Source: Chitinophagales bacterium (GTDB taxonomy: Bacteria > Bacteroidota > Bacteroidia > Chitinophagales > LD1). Taken from it: a DNA stretch of 64,000 nt. Numbering within the stretch: position 1 is the stretch's first letter; every line of letters starts with the position of its first letter. Of the stretch, positions 1 to 10,183 are shown piece by piece. The notes under the pieces are model-generated. The model searched no databases. It worked only from the letters and a program-made list of their open reading frames with translations, and had not been told where the DNA came from. Made by a program: the position numbers and the translations under genes. The stretch is taken from NCBI GenBank assembly GCA_046329495.1, contig JAXLUO010000007.1, positions 61,749-125,748 of the forward strand, in the 5' to 3' direction.

Positions 1-1947
1 GCCGAAGAAGGTAATCTGGACCCAATTGTAGGTCGCGAAAATGAGATTGAGCGTGTTTCGCAGATCCTTTCGCGCCGTAAAAAGAACAACCCCATCCTGA
101 TAGGTGAGCCCGGTGTAGGTAAAACGGCTATTGTTGAAGGCCTGGCTTTACGTATTGTGCAGAAGCGTGTTTCGCGCGTGTTGTTCAACAAGCGTATTGT
201 TATGCTTGACCTTGCTGCATTAGTGGCCGGTACCAAATACCGCGGCCAGTTTGAGGAGCGCATGAAGGCTATTATGAATGAGTTGGAGAAGAACCGTGAT
301 GTGATCCTGTTCATCGATGAGATTCATACCATCGTTGGTGCAGGTGGTGCTACCGGCTCGCTGGATGCCAGCAATATTTTTAAACCGGCATTGGCCCGTG
401 GCGAACTGCAATGTATTGGCGCCAGCACGCTGGATGAATACCGCCAGTATATAGAGAAGGATGGCGCTTTGGCCCGTCGTTTCCAACAGGTAATCGTTGA
501 TCCGCCAAGCCCTGAAGAAACCGTTCAGATATTATCAAATATCAAGAACAAATACGAAGACTACCATAGTGTTGACTACTCGAAAGAAGCAGTAGAAGCT
601 TGTGTGAAACTTTCAACCCGCTACATCACCGACCGCTTTTTACCAGATAAAGCGATTGACGTAATGGATGAAGTAGGCGCCCGCGTGCATCTCAAAAACA
701 TACACGTGCCTAAAAACATTGTGGAGTTAGAGAAGCAGGTAGAGGATATCAAGAGCCAGAAGAACCATGTAGTAAAGAGCCAGAAATACGAAGAGGCTGC
801 TAAACTGCGTGATACTGAAAAACGTTTGCTGGAAGAACTGGATAAAGCCAAAAACCAGTGGGACGAGGAAAGCAAAACCAAACACTATCCTGTTACTGAA
901 GAGGATATTGCCGAAGTAGTGGCCATGATGACCGGTATACCGGTAAACAAAATAGCCCAAAGCGAAAGCAATAAACTGGTGAACATGACCGGCGAAATAC
1001 AAGGCGCCGTTATTGGCCAGGATGAGGCTGTGAAAAAAGTGGTAAAAGCTATACAGCGTAACCGCGTAGGTTTAAAGGATCCGAAGAAACCAATTGGCAC
1101 CTTCATATTCTTAGGGCCAACCGGTGTAGGTAAAACAGAATTAGCCAAGGCTATTGCCCGTTACATGTTCGATAGTGAAGATGCGTTGATACGGATTGAC
1201 ATGAGCGAATACATGGAGAAATTCAGCATCAGCCGTTTGGTGGGTGCGCCTCCGGGATATGTGGGTTACGAAGAAGGCGGACAGCTTACCGAAAAAGTAC
1301 GCCGCAAGCCATACAGCGTAGTGTTGCTGGATGAAATTGAAAAAGCGCACCCTGATGTATTTAACCTGCTGTTACAGGTGTTCGATGATGGTATATTAAC
1401 TGATAGCTTAGGTCGCCGTGTTGATTTTAAAAACACGCTGATCATTATGACTTCGAACATCGGTGCCCGCGATTTGAAAGATTTCGGACAAGGTGTAGGT
1501 TTTGCTACCAGTGCCAAGTCGTCGCAAAGCGATGAATACTCGAAGAACGTAATTTCGAAAGCGCTGAAGCGCACCTTCAGCCCTGAATTCCTGAACCGTA
1601 TTGATGATGTGATCATCTTCAATTCGCTGGAGAAGGAATCTATCTTCAAGATCATCGACATTGCCCTGCGCGATGTAACCAAGCGTTTGTTAGACCTGGG
1701 TTACGAAATCAAACTAAGCGACGAAGCCAAGGACTTTTTAGCTGAGCGTGGTTACGATCCGCAGTTTGGTGCCCGTCCGTTACACCGTGCCATACAGAAA
1801 TATGTGGAAGACCCGCTGGCAGAAGAAATTCTACGTGCAAACGCCAAGCCTGGCGATGCCTTCCTGATAGAACTGGAAAAAGGCGCGGAAGAATTGAAGA
1901 TTACACATAAGGCAGCTAAGAAAAAGGCCGAAGCCTCCGAAGAATAA
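1..1947 (+). CDS. clpC: AAA+ Clp/Hsp100 ATPase, ClpC-type (5' end lies outside the window)
   Basis: Frame 1 is open from base 1 ([19 protein letters not shown]...). Two Walker A loops are present, GEPGVGKT and GPTGVGKT, with the typical D1/D2 layout. The track ORF 157..1947 starts only at the first internal Met. Confidence 0.9.
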   Translation, partial: AEEGNLDPIVGRENEIERVSQILSRRKKNNPILIGEPGVGKTAIVEGLALRIVQKRVSRVLFNKRIVMLDLAALVAGTKYRGQFEERMKAIMNELEKNRDVILFIDEIHTIVGAGGATGSLDASNIFKPALARGELQCIGASTLDEYRQYIEKDGALARRFQQVIVDPPSPEETVQILSNIKNKYEDYHSVDYSKEAVEACVKLSTRYITDRFLPDKAIDVMDEVGARVHLKNIHVPKNIVELEKQVEDIKSQKNHVVKSQKYEEAAKLRDTEKRLLEELDKAKNQWDEESKTKHYPVTEEDIAEVVAMMTGIPVNKIAQSESNKLVNMTGEIQGAVIGQDEAVKKVVKAIQRNRVGLKDPKKPIGTFIFLGPTGVGKTELAKAIARYMFDSEDALIRIDMSEYMEKFSISRLVGAPPGYVGYEEGGQLTEKVRRKPYSVVLLDEIEKAHPDVFNLLLQVFDDGILTDSLGRRVDFKNTLIIMTSNIGARDLKDFGQGVGFATSAKSSQSDEYSKNVISKALKRTFSPEFLNRIDDVIIFNSLEKESIFKIIDIALRDVTKRLLDLGYEIKLSDEAKDFLAERGYDPQFGARPLHRAIQKYVEDPLAEEILRANAKPGDAFLIELEKGAEELKITHKAAKKKAEASEE

Positions 1948-1953
1948 GCACAA

Positions 1954-1986
1954 AGCCCCGGAAATTTCCGGGGCTTTTTATTTTTA
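1954..1986 (+). terminator. Rho-independent terminator after clpC
   Basis: GC hairpin AGCCCCGG-aaatt-TCCGGGGCT followed by TTTTTATTTTT. Confidence 0.8.
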
Positions 1987-1990
1987 ACCC

Positions 1991-2581
1991 ATGCAGGTGT
2001 ATCCCGTTAAAGTAACACGCAATTATCCGCTGGTGGCCAGTATGGTGATCGTACCGTTATTAGGCCTGGCGCCGGGTATTTATATTATGGCACGTTACCT
2101 GCCTAACCTGGGCGAAACCGCAGCTTTCTCCTTCATCTTCGGCATGATGGTCCTGGTATTGGGTTTAACTTTTTACCTGGTAAAGCAATGTATAACTGCC
2201 GGTAGCTTAACCATAGCTAATAACAAATTACAATTTCAGTTTGCAGACAAGGGTATGTTGTCTCTTAAATCTTTTGAATTAGATGCTTCGCAAATACGCA
2301 GTTATAACATTGGCGGCCGTGGCGATAAGTTATACATCATGCTGGGTTTAACGCGCGCTCCTTATAGCATTGGTATAGAAGCTGCCGAAAAGAATGAGGC
2401 GGCAGAAACACAATTTCGCGAAGCCCTGGTGGAGATGGTTGAACTGATTAAAAACCACAACGAGCTAAGCACTGCACCTATTGCCTACAAAAACTTTTAT
2501 AACACCTGGTGGATGAAACTGCTGCTGCTGATAGTGTTGCTGCTGACTGTAGTAAAAATTGTAGCCGATATCTTTGGGTAA
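1991..2581 (+). CDS. Hypothetical membrane protein
   Basis: 196-aa ORF with hydrophobic segments near the N-terminus and at the C-terminus (WWMKLLLLIVLLLTVV). No recognisable catalytic motif. Confidence 0.55.
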   Translation: MQVYPVKVTRNYPLVASMVIVPLLGLAPGIYIMARYLPNLGETAAFSFIFGMMVLVLGLTFYLVKQCITAGSLTIANNKLQFQFADKGMLSLKSFELDASQIRSYNIGGRGDKLYIMLGLTRAPYSIGIEAAEKNEAAETQFREALVEMVELIKNHNELSTAPIAYKNFYNTWWMKLLLLIVLLLTVVKIVADIFG

Positions 2582-2589
2582 TACCTGCG

Positions 2590-3648
2590 CTATTTTTTTA
2601 GCTGAAAGGTGATCGGCATTTCGAAGTTCAGAAAATACATAGGGTGCAGCACTACTTGCCCTAACGTATTAAACTCTAAGGCAGGCATCGGTATTTTTAC
2701 AATGTTCAATATACCCAGTATTGCTTTGCCTACCCTGTTGCGGGTCTTAATTTTGGTAAGGTCGGCATCCACCGAAATAAAGAAACGGCGATAGCGCTTA
2801 ATATCCGTACGATCATGCAACACGCCATTTTTATCAGTCCATTTGTTTTCGAACCCGCCATACATATTGCCGGCAGCATAACCAAAGGCCAGGTTTAACC
2901 ACTTAGGTTTAATGTTATGGTTAAACGAGTACAGGTTAAACGACAACCACATGGTAATACCGTTGTAATCCTTTAGCAGTTTTTCGCCGAATCCTTTTCC
3001 GTACAGTTCGTTTGCGCGGTCGCGCAGTTCGCCTTGCGGGTAGTTAACGATGTGAAAAGAATACTTGCAATGTATGCGTTGCTCCTTCCAAAGCAAATAC
3101 TGTGTAGTAGCCAAAGCAGCACCTCCAAAGTTAAAGAGCAGGTCGCTCCAACTGGCGCCGTACTTGTTGCTGAAACCATCAGGTATTTCAATGGCCGATA
3201 AACTTAAAAAACCGAAAGCTCCGGCAGTAAGGGCCGCCGGTGTATTCTTCATGCCGCCCCAACGCAGCATGTTGTAGCTCCAGCAGGTAACAAAATACGG
3301 TACATAAAAATGCCCGGTTTTATCTATCTGTTGCCACTCACGGGCATCGTTAAACCAATGAAACTTACCCAGCGATTGTTTGCCATACCACTCAAAGCCT
3401 ACACCGGTCATAATAGCAGCATAGGTGCCTACGGTGCCAACTGATAATGCAGTTAGCCTGGCCACATTGGGCTTCGGGCTCCACTGCATCCAATGCGGAC
3501 TGCAATAATTTTTAACCTGTTCCTTATTAAACGGCGGGCAGTATACCGTATCGGTTGGTGGTAATTGTAAACTATCCTGCGCAACAATCGGCATGCCCAT
3601 ACAGCTAACAAAAACAATAAGCAGAAAAGTAAGCAATGGTTGCTTCAT
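2590..3648 (-). CDS. Envelope lipoprotein/outer-membrane protein, DUF2279-like
   Basis: Signal peptide with Cys (LLIVFVSCMG). The DKTGHF motif and Gly/aromatic-rich pattern resemble DUF2279 periplasmic lipoproteins. Confidence 0.55.
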   Translation of the reverse strand: MKQPLLTFLLIVFVSCMGMPIVAQDSLQLPPTDTVYCPPFNKEQVKNYCSPHWMQWSPKPNVARLTALSVGTVGTYAAIMTGVGFEWYGKQSLGKFHWFNDAREWQQIDKTGHFYVPYFVTCWSYNMLRWGGMKNTPAALTAGAFGFLSLSAIEIPDGFSNKYGASWSDLLFNFGGAALATTQYLLWKEQRIHCKYSFHIVNYPQGELRDRANELYGKGFGEKLLKDYNGITMWLSFNLYSFNHNIKPKWLNLAFGYAAGNMYGGFENKWTDKNGVLHDRTDIKRYRRFFISVDADLTKIKTRNRVGKAILGILNIVKIPMPALEFNTLGQVVLHPMYFLNFEMPITFQLKK

Positions 3649-3723
3649 GCGGTGGCGAACCGTTTATGCGGCAATTTAAACAATCAATAAATAATTATTG
3701 AAGGCTGCTTCATTTAGCTTAAA

Positions 3724-3748
3724 TAAAAAAGGGCCTTTCGGCCCTTCT
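3724..3748 (-). terminator. Rho-independent terminator after the phosphohexomutase gene
   Basis: On the minus strand: GGGCC-gaaa-GGCCC followed by TTTTTTATTT. Confidence 0.75.
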
Positions 3749-3768
3749 AACTTTATAGTAAGCTTATA

Positions 3769-5187
3769 TTAATGTGCTGCCGCTGCGCCTAATAAAGTAG
3801 TGCGCACTTTTTCCATCAACACATTTACACGGCCTTCGCTGCTGGCTTCCACATACACACGCAATAAGGGCTCGGTGCCGCTGGCACGTATCATTACTGT
3901 CTCTTCTTCTTCCAGGTAAAACTTGTAACCATCCAGGTCTTCTACTTTGCTGATAGCTACACCACCAAAGTCCTTATAAAAACCATTCTTACAATTTTCG
4001 ATAATGGCCAGTTTTTGTTCTTCTTTTAAATGCAGGTCTAAACGGTTATAAGAGAAAGCTCCTACCACTGCATACACTTCATCAATAAGTTCCTGCAGTT
4101 TTTGGCCGTTTTGTATCAGGTGCTGCACAATTACCAAACCATCCCAAATGCCATCGCGCTCAGGTATATGGCCTTTAACGGCAATGCCACCGCTCTCTTC
4201 GCCACCAACCAGCACGTCTTCGTTCTGCATAATCTCGCAGATATACTTAAAGCCAATCTTGGTTACTTCAATAGGCAAGCCGTATTGTTCGCACATCTTC
4301 TTCACCTTATTACTTACCGAAAAGGCAACCACCACCTTTCCATCCATGCCCTGGTATTTGTGCAGAATGTGGATCAACAACAGAATAATATGGTGCGCAT
4401 CTACAAAACGTGCACCGCTGTTGTATAAACCTATGCGGTCAGCATCGCCATCCGTAGCAATGGCCATATCCACGTGTTTCATTTCACGCAGGTAATGTTC
4501 CAGGTCTTTCAGGTTTTTTGAGATAGGCTCCGGTGCCTGACCGTAAAAGCTCGGGTTGTATTCGCAATGCAGGAAATCGGCATGCGGCATAATGCGCGGG
4601 AAAATACTTTGGCCGGCGCCATACATGGCATCGTAAGCAACTACCAGGTCAGAACTGTCATTTAGTGCTTCCAGGTCAAAGTGTTCCTGCACATGTTCAA
4701 AATACATGGTCTCAAGGTCTACTAATTCCAGTAACCCTTTTGCTTCCCATTCTTTTAAACTTAACTCCTCGCACGAAACCTGTTCGGGGATTATGTTCTC
4801 TATTTCGGTAATGTATTTCTGAATCAGTGGTCCACCGTGTTTCGACTTTAACTTATAACCGTTATAGCTTGGCGGGTTGTGGCTGGCGGTAAAAATTACA
4901 CCCAGTTCACACTCCAGTTTAAATGCCCCCAGCGATATCATAGGGGTCGAAACAAAGTGTTCATCGAAATACACCTTAATGCCTTCCGAGCACAACACAT
5001 TGATAGCGGTTTGCGCAAACAGGTGGCCACCAAAGCGGCAATCGTATCCTACTACAATTTTAGCATTGGCATCGCGCTGCTTTGCCCAATCGGCAGTTGC
5101 TTTAGCTACGCGCTTTACGTTTTCGGTAGTAAAGTCTTTAGCAATAATGCCTCTCCAACCATCGGTTCCGAACTTGATTTTATCCAT
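3769..5187 (-). CDS. Phosphohexomutase (phosphoglucomutase/phosphomannomutase family)
   Basis: Active-site loop TASHNPPSYNGYK, metal loop TDGDADR, sugar loop GEESGG, and N-terminal FGTDGWRG. Confidence 0.9.
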   Translation of the reverse strand: MDKIKFGTDGWRGIIAKDFTTENVKRVAKATADWAKQRDANAKIVVGYDCRFGGHLFAQTAINVLCSEGIKVYFDEHFVSTPMISLGAFKLECELGVIFTASHNPPSYNGYKLKSKHGGPLIQKYITEIENIIPEQVSCEELSLKEWEAKGLLELVDLETMYFEHVQEHFDLEALNDSSDLVVAYDAMYGAGQSIFPRIMPHADFLHCEYNPSFYGQAPEPISKNLKDLEHYLREMKHVDMAIATDGDADRIGLYNSGARFVDAHHIILLLIHILHKYQGMDGKVVVAFSVSNKVKKMCEQYGLPIEVTKIGFKYICEIMQNEDVLVGGEESGGIAVKGHIPERDGIWDGLVIVQHLIQNGQKLQELIDEVYAVVGAFSYNRLDLHLKEEQKLAIIENCKNGFYKDFGGVAISKVEDLDGYKFYLEEEETVMIRASGTEPLLRVYVEASSEGRVNVLMEKVRTTLLGAAAAH

Positions 5188-5338
5188 TCATCACAATTTT
5201 TGAAGCGGTAAATGTAAAAAACCGCCGTTAAGGAGGCATTGGCCGATAGTCAATTTAGTACACACGGGGATTGTTTTCCCCTTTTGGTGTTGGAAAGCAA
5301 GCCCTATTTTATGGGTATCTTTGTATTGCTTTACGCCA

Positions 5339-6007
5339 ATGGTAATGGAACGTGTAGATACATATCGCCACAAGGGTTTACGGAAAGAACTGGCCGTTAA
5401 ACTGCGCGACAAGGGAATAAGAGACCAAAATGTGTTAGGCGCAATTGAACGGGTGCCCCGGCATTTGTTTTTCGGGCCCGATTCCATTTTTTACGAAACG
5501 CATGCCTACGAGGATAAGGCCTTCCCGATAGGAGAGGGGCAAACCATTTCGCAACCCTATACCGTTGCTTACCAGTCGGAGTTGTTAAAGGTTAGCCCAG
5601 GCATGAAGGTGTTGGAAATTGGCACCGGCAGTGGTTATCAGGCCGCTGTGTTAGCCGAGTTAGGCGTTAAGGTTTATACCATCGAACGCCATCGCAAATT
5701 AAACGAACGCACCCGCCCGTTGCTGGAAGAATTGGGTTACCGTGGAATAAAATGCTTTTTTGGTGATGGTTTTGAGGGCCTTGTTGCTTTCGCTCCATTT
5801 GAACGGATCATCATAACTGCGGCCGTTCCTGAACTGCCTAAGAAACTTCTTTCGCAATTATCCGTAGGAGGTATATTGGTGATGCCCTTTGGAACCGAAA
5901 CCGATTGCGATATGATCCGTATCACCAAGCAGGCCGAAGGGCAATATACCGAAGAAGTATTCGGTAAATTTTCGTTTGTGCCAATGCTGAAGGGCAAAGT
6001 ATTTTAA
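5339..6007 (+). CDS. pcm: Protein-L-isoaspartate O-methyltransferase
   Basis: SAM motif VLEIGTGSGYQAAVLA, plus GEGQTISQPYTVA and C-terminal FVPM. I prefer the ATG at 5339 over the track's TTG at 5321. Confidence 0.9.
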   Translation: MVMERVDTYRHKGLRKELAVKLRDKGIRDQNVLGAIERVPRHLFFGPDSIFYETHAYEDKAFPIGEGQTISQPYTVAYQSELLKVSPGMKVLEIGTGSGYQAAVLAELGVKVYTIERHRKLNERTRPLLEELGYRGIKCFFGDGFEGLVAFAPFERIIITAAVPELPKKLLSQLSVGGILVMPFGTETDCDMIRITKQAEGQYTEEVFGKFSFVPMLKGKVF

Positions 6008-6019
6008 AGTAAGGTATGT

Positions 6020-6718
6020 ATGCGTAGTATAGCGCTGTTTATTCTTTTTACCACTTGTTTAGGTCTGCAGGCTGCGGATACAAAGATTATTGCCCTTAAA
6101 ATAATGGACAAGCGTAACCGCGAGCCTATTGTAAATGCCGAGATAAAGATTGAAGACCTTGTTGCCAACCAGGTGAGCGCCGCATTTAGTAATGATAGTG
6201 GCCTGGTGTTATTCCCTGTAAATAAAACGTCGCGCTACCGCATCAGCGTTAGTAAGGATTCAAAAGGTTCAAGCGTAGGTTACCTGCAATACTCCTTTGT
6301 AATTACCGAACGCGATTTTGCCGGTAACCGGCCTATTGATGTGGAACTTGAGAAGGTTAAACGGAGCGACTACTCCTTCCTCCCCAATTTGTACTTTAAC
6401 TACAAAAGCGCACAGGTAAGTACCGAGGACACAGCTACACTGAACAATATTGCCACCATGCAAAAGCAATATCCTACGCTGCAATTAGAAATAAGTGTGC
6501 ATGCGGATTGTTCAGAGCCTTTAGATGTTTGCATGAAACGTATGGATGCCATTAACCAATACCTGATGGTGCACAATGCCGATTTAAAAAGGGTAATTGT
6601 AAAAAGTTATGGCAACGAGCGTCCGGCCAATGGTTGCAGCTGCAAAAGCAGCACCCCCTGCAACAGCGAGCAGTTAAGCGAAAACCGCCGGGCAGAGTTT
6701 AAGTTGCTCAGTTTCTAA
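6020..6718 (+). CDS. OmpA-family envelope protein with N-terminal CarboxypepD_reg-like domain
   Basis: Signal peptide, and a C-terminal OmpA-like motif (LEISVHAD...NRRAEFKL). Confidence 0.75.
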   Translation: MRSIALFILFTTCLGLQAADTKIIALKIMDKRNREPIVNAEIKIEDLVANQVSAAFSNDSGLVLFPVNKTSRYRISVSKDSKGSSVGYLQYSFVITERDFAGNRPIDVELEKVKRSDYSFLPNLYFNYKSAQVSTEDTATLNNIATMQKQYPTLQLEISVHADCSEPLDVCMKRMDAINQYLMVHNADLKRVIVKSYGNERPANGCSCKSSTPCNSEQLSENRRAEFKLLSF

Positions 6719-7176
6719 CGGTATTTCTTCATTACGCGGTCTATTTCGCGTTTGGTATCCTTCTCCTTCAGCGATTCGCGTTTATCGAATTTCTTTTTGC
6801 CGCGTCCTAAACCTATTTCAAGTTTAGCAAAGCCACGTTTGCCGATAAACAACCGCACCGGCACCAGCGAAAAACCGCGCTCTTTAATTTTGGCTTCTAT
6901 CTTATCAATCTCGCGCTTCTTTAATAAAAGTTTGCGTTGCCGCATGGGTTCGTGGTTGGCGTAGGCGCCATGGCTATACTCGGGTATGTTCATGTTTTTT
7001 ACATACACCTCGCCGTCGCGCAAAAAGCAATACGCTTCGCTGATACTGCCCCCGCCTTCGCGGATGGCTTTTATCTCGCTGCCGGTAAGCAATATGCCGG
7101 CTTCAAACTTCTCCAGTATCTCAAACTCGAAGCCTGCCTTTTTGTTCTGAACATTAATTTTATCTGCACTGATCAT
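6715..7176 (-). CDS. smpB: SsrA-binding protein
   Basis: NKKAGFEFEILEKFEAGILLTGSEIKAIREG and a basic C-terminal tail. 153 aa. Confidence 0.95.
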   Translation of the reverse strand: MISADKINVQNKKAGFEFEILEKFEAGILLTGSEIKAIREGGGSISEAYCFLRDGEVYVKNMNIPEYSHGAYANHEPMRQRKLLLKKREIDKIEAKIKERGFSLVPVRLFIGKRGFAKLEIGLGRGKKKFDKRESLKEKDTKREIDRVMKKYR

Positions 7177-7194
7177 TACACATCATTATTGCTG

Positions 7195-7587
7195 TTATTG
7201 CAAACTGCTAAACAGCCTTTCAATTTTTTCTTTCGGCAATATTTTTTGACCGGTACGGCCGCTGGCAATCAGCCTTTCGCCTACACGGGCAGTAAATGCA
7301 CAATTTACTTCATTGCCCTTTAACTCCTCAATTACCGCTTCAAAAATAACCTGCTGCCCCACAAACGCCGGTGAAAGATGTTTTACTTCCACAAACGTAC
7401 CTATACCTTCTTCGGTAGCTTCTTTCATATCCAGCACAAACAGGCGGCTGCTCCATTCGGCATCGCGGGTTAGGGCAAAGGTGGCATATACGGGATGTAC
7501 GGCGCCACTTTCAAAGGCTGCGGTATCCTCCGCACGCACCAGGCGCACAAACGTCTTTTTATCCCCTATGCGGTAAATGCTTTTCAC
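7195..7587 (-). CDS. Hotdog-fold thioesterase (FlK/COG5496-like)
   Basis: The 130-aa length and sequence pattern (HPVYATFALTRDAEW...GTFVEVKHLSPAFVG) are typical of small hotdog thioesterases. Confidence 0.65.
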   Translation of the reverse strand: MKSIYRIGDKKTFVRLVRAEDTAAFESGAVHPVYATFALTRDAEWSSRLFVLDMKEATEEGIGTFVEVKHLSPAFVGQQVIFEAVIEELKGNEVNCAFTARVGERLIASGRTGQKILPKEKIERLFSSLQ

Positions 7588-7627
7588 GGGGCGAAGGTGC
7601 TAAAAAATGTGCAATGTGAGCGGCGAG

Positions 7628-7855
7628 CTAATTCAAGCGCTTTTCAAAATATTCTTTTACTTCTTCCAGCGTCTTGCCCTTAGTTGGATCTTTGCGGTAT
7701 TCTTCCAACCGTTCTTCCAGCATAGTTATTTCTTCCGATGTAAATTCATCGTCTTCCCATGCAACAAGTTCGGCCTTAAAGTTAGCCTCCCTTAGCAGGC
7801 GCTTCAGCTGTTCAGCATCTTTCTCACTTTGTACCGTTATGGTGAAGGTTTTCAT
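7628..7855 (-). CDS. Small acidic hypothetical protein; C-terminal half resembles 'putative addiction module component' proteins
   Basis: 75-aa ORF. The pattern EEITMLEERLEEYRKDPTKGKTLEEVKEYF resembles that small-protein family. No partner toxin gene is adjacent. Confidence 0.4.
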   Translation of the reverse strand: MKTFTITVQSEKDAEQLKRLLREANFKAELVAWEDDEFTSEEITMLEERLEEYRKDPTKGKTLEEVKEYFEKRLN

Positions 7856-7900
7856 TGTTGCGCTTTTAAGTAAAGGTAACCAATATTAAAACGCTGAAAC

Positions 7901-10183
7901 CTACTTTTTCTTCTCCGGTGCCGTTAACATAGTCCAACGCATGCCTATAAAACCTTTTACACCCTGTATGGGTGCATAGTTATAGGACGGGTCGAACGTA
8001 TACCCATAGGGGTTATCGGTGGTAACGTGTTTGTCAAACGGATCGAACGGACGCAGGATAGGATTCTGTGGTATAAAATTCAGGATATTCTTTACCCCCA
8101 TATAAATCTCGAAGTTCTCCGGCAGGCGCTTGGTTACCTGCACATTCAACAAACAATAAGTGGGCGATTTTTCAGGTCTGAAATCGTTGGGCACTACCGG
8201 CAAATGCATAGGGCCGGTTACCTTTCCTGTAACATCAAAGGTTAGCCCCACTTTCGAAAAGTTGTAACTGGCGGTAAAGTTGGCAGTAACAACCGGGGCA
8301 AACAATTGAGCGCTGCGCTTGCTGTTTCCCACACTGTCCTTCTGCACACGGTATACTTCTAACCAGGTAGCACCGGCCGAAATAGTTAAGCCATTGGTAA
8401 ACGAGAAATTAAAGTTACCCGAGATACCTGCTGATATGGCATGGCCCTTCAGGTTATTGTAAATTATCTTGTTGGGGTCACTCAAAAAATCGCCGGTAAT
8501 CTGGTTGGTAAAGTAGGTATAAAAGCCGCTTACATCTACTTCAACAAATCCTGCTTTATGATTAAAGAAACCATTGTAATTCAAATTGCCGTTCCAGCTT
8601 TGCTCAGGCTTTAACGCTTCAGCAATTACTACTTGTCGGGCACCGGTTAGGGCTGCATGGTCTTCGGTAAACAAGTTTACTACACGGTAGCCACTGCCAC
8701 CCGTTAAGCGAATGGTGTGGTTGGCATTGGGTGAATAGCGTAAACTTAACCGCGGTGTAAAAATGTTGCCGTGCGTTGTGTTGTAATCGTAGCGCAAACC
8801 TGCCAGCACGGTAAATTGTGTAACCGGTTTGTACTCCACCTGTGTAAATACACCGGGCAAATACGTGTAGGCGGGTTTGTTGGCTGGGTGTACACTATCG
8901 CCGTTACCGGTAGCTACCGAGTTATCATCATAATACACAAAGCGGAAAGGCACACCGGCCAATAAATTCACCTTCTGCCAATGCTTATCGTATACCAATT
9001 GCGCAAAGGCTGTATGTTGCTCAGCCTTATACTTTACACGTCCATAGTAACTATCCTGAAAATGATAATTATAGCTATAGTCAATACGCAGCTGTTCATG
9101 TGCAATTGGCAATGCATACACGCCAAACATTTCGGCGCGTTGCGTTAACACGCTTTCGCCATAAATGCTGTCGGTACCACGCCAGCGTTTGGTCCAGTTC
9201 ATTTCACCGCCCCAGCGATTTTCGTACACATACCTAAAGGCAATAGACGCCGGTCTGCCATCTTTTCGCTCAAAGTCCCACTTATTAAAAACTGATACAC
9301 GGTTTTGCAACGTAACATCCGTAAAGTTGTCGTGGTTAACATCGCGCGGTATCCAGTAGTTAAAGTAGTTGGCGCCTAATAGCGAGTGCGCCTTTTTAAT
9401 CTTCCATTTAGCGCTTACATCTGCATTAAACTCACCGGCTGTAGTGCCCGATATATCAACTTTCAAAAGTGGAGCGCTGATGGCATCGCGGGTAATCACA
9501 TTTATTAATCCGGCTACGGCTTCGCTACCGTACAAGGTGCTTGCCGGGCCTTTCACAACTTCTATTCGCTTTACCAGTGCCGACGGAATACCATGCAAAC
9601 CATACACCGCCGATAGCGACGAAACAATCGGCATGCCGTCAATCAATATCATGGTATAGGGTCCTTCCAGTCCGTTGATGTGAATATCACCTGTATTACA
9701 AACGTTGCAGTTAAGCTGAGGCTGCACCCCATTTACCATGTTCAGCGATTCGAAGAGTGATGGAGCAGGGTTCTTTTTAAATAGCGCAGGCGTATACACC
9801 TCAACCGGTATAGGCGACTCTAACTTGGTAACGCTGCGCATGGTGCCGGAAACCACTACTTCATTAATATGGCCACCGCTCGGTTCAAGCAATACTGCTT
9901 TAGTGCGTTGGAACTCCGCAATGCTTAGGGTATCGCTCAGGTAGCCCAGCGATTGAAAGGTGAGTGTTGCTTGCTTTTCACCCTCAGGTATCTGCAGCTT
10001 AAACTTTCCTGCATCATCGGTGGTAGTGCCTATGTTGGAGCCTGTAATTACAACTGCAGCAAAAGGGATTGGCTCGCCGGTATGCTGGTCCTTTACATGG
10101 CCGCTTAGCTCCATATCCTGTGCTGCTGCACCAAGCAGTACACCATTCAACAGTATATGTAGTAGCCATTTCATGTTATACAA
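7901..10183 (-). CDS. TonB-dependent outer-membrane receptor with CarboxypepD_reg N-domain
   Basis: Signal peptide, CarboxypepD_reg-like start, plug motif (CNVCNTGDIHINGLEGPYTMILIDGMPIVS), a long beta-barrel, and a C-terminal aromatic-rich strand. The start could instead be the Met at 10174. Confidence 0.9.
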   Translation of the reverse strand: MYNMKWLLHILLNGVLLGAAAQDMELSGHVKDQHTGEPIPFAAVVITGSNIGTTTDDAGKFKLQIPEGEKQATLTFQSLGYLSDTLSIAEFQRTKAVLLEPSGGHINEVVVSGTMRSVTKLESPIPVEVYTPALFKKNPAPSLFESLNMVNGVQPQLNCNVCNTGDIHINGLEGPYTMILIDGMPIVSSLSAVYGLHGIPSALVKRIEVVKGPASTLYGSEAVAGLINVITRDAISAPLLKVDISGTTAGEFNADVSAKWKIKKAHSLLGANYFNYWIPRDVNHDNFTDVTLQNRVSVFNKWDFERKDGRPASIAFRYVYENRWGGEMNWTKRWRGTDSIYGESVLTQRAEMFGVYALPIAHEQLRIDYSYNYHFQDSYYGRVKYKAEQHTAFAQLVYDKHWQKVNLLAGVPFRFVYYDDNSVATGNGDSVHPANKPAYTYLPGVFTQVEYKPVTQFTVLAGLRYDYNTTHGNIFTPRLSLRYSPNANHTIRLTGGSGYRVVNLFTEDHAALTGARQVVIAEALKPEQSWNGNLNYNGFFNHKAGFVEVDVSGFYTYFTNQITGDFLSDPNKIIYNNLKGHAISAGISGNFNFSFTNGLTISAGATWLEVYRVQKDSVGNSKRSAQLFAPVVTANFTASYNFSKVGLTFDVTGKVTGPMHLPVVPNDFRPEKSPTYCLLNVQVTKRLPENFEIYMGVKNILNFIPQNPILRPFDPFDKHVTTDNPYGYTFDPSYNYAPIQGVKGFIGMRWTMLTAPEKKK

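Noticed and set aside
5191-5487. 98-aa minus-strand ORF between the phosphohexomutase and pcm genes
   Set aside because: It overlaps the pcm start and the divergent promoter region, and has no recognisable features.
7628-7855. Orphan antitoxin-like 75-aa gene as part of a toxin-antitoxin pair
   Set aside because: No toxin-like partner is adjacent. The neighbours are a thioesterase and a TonB receptor. The resemblance is limited to the C-terminal helix pattern.
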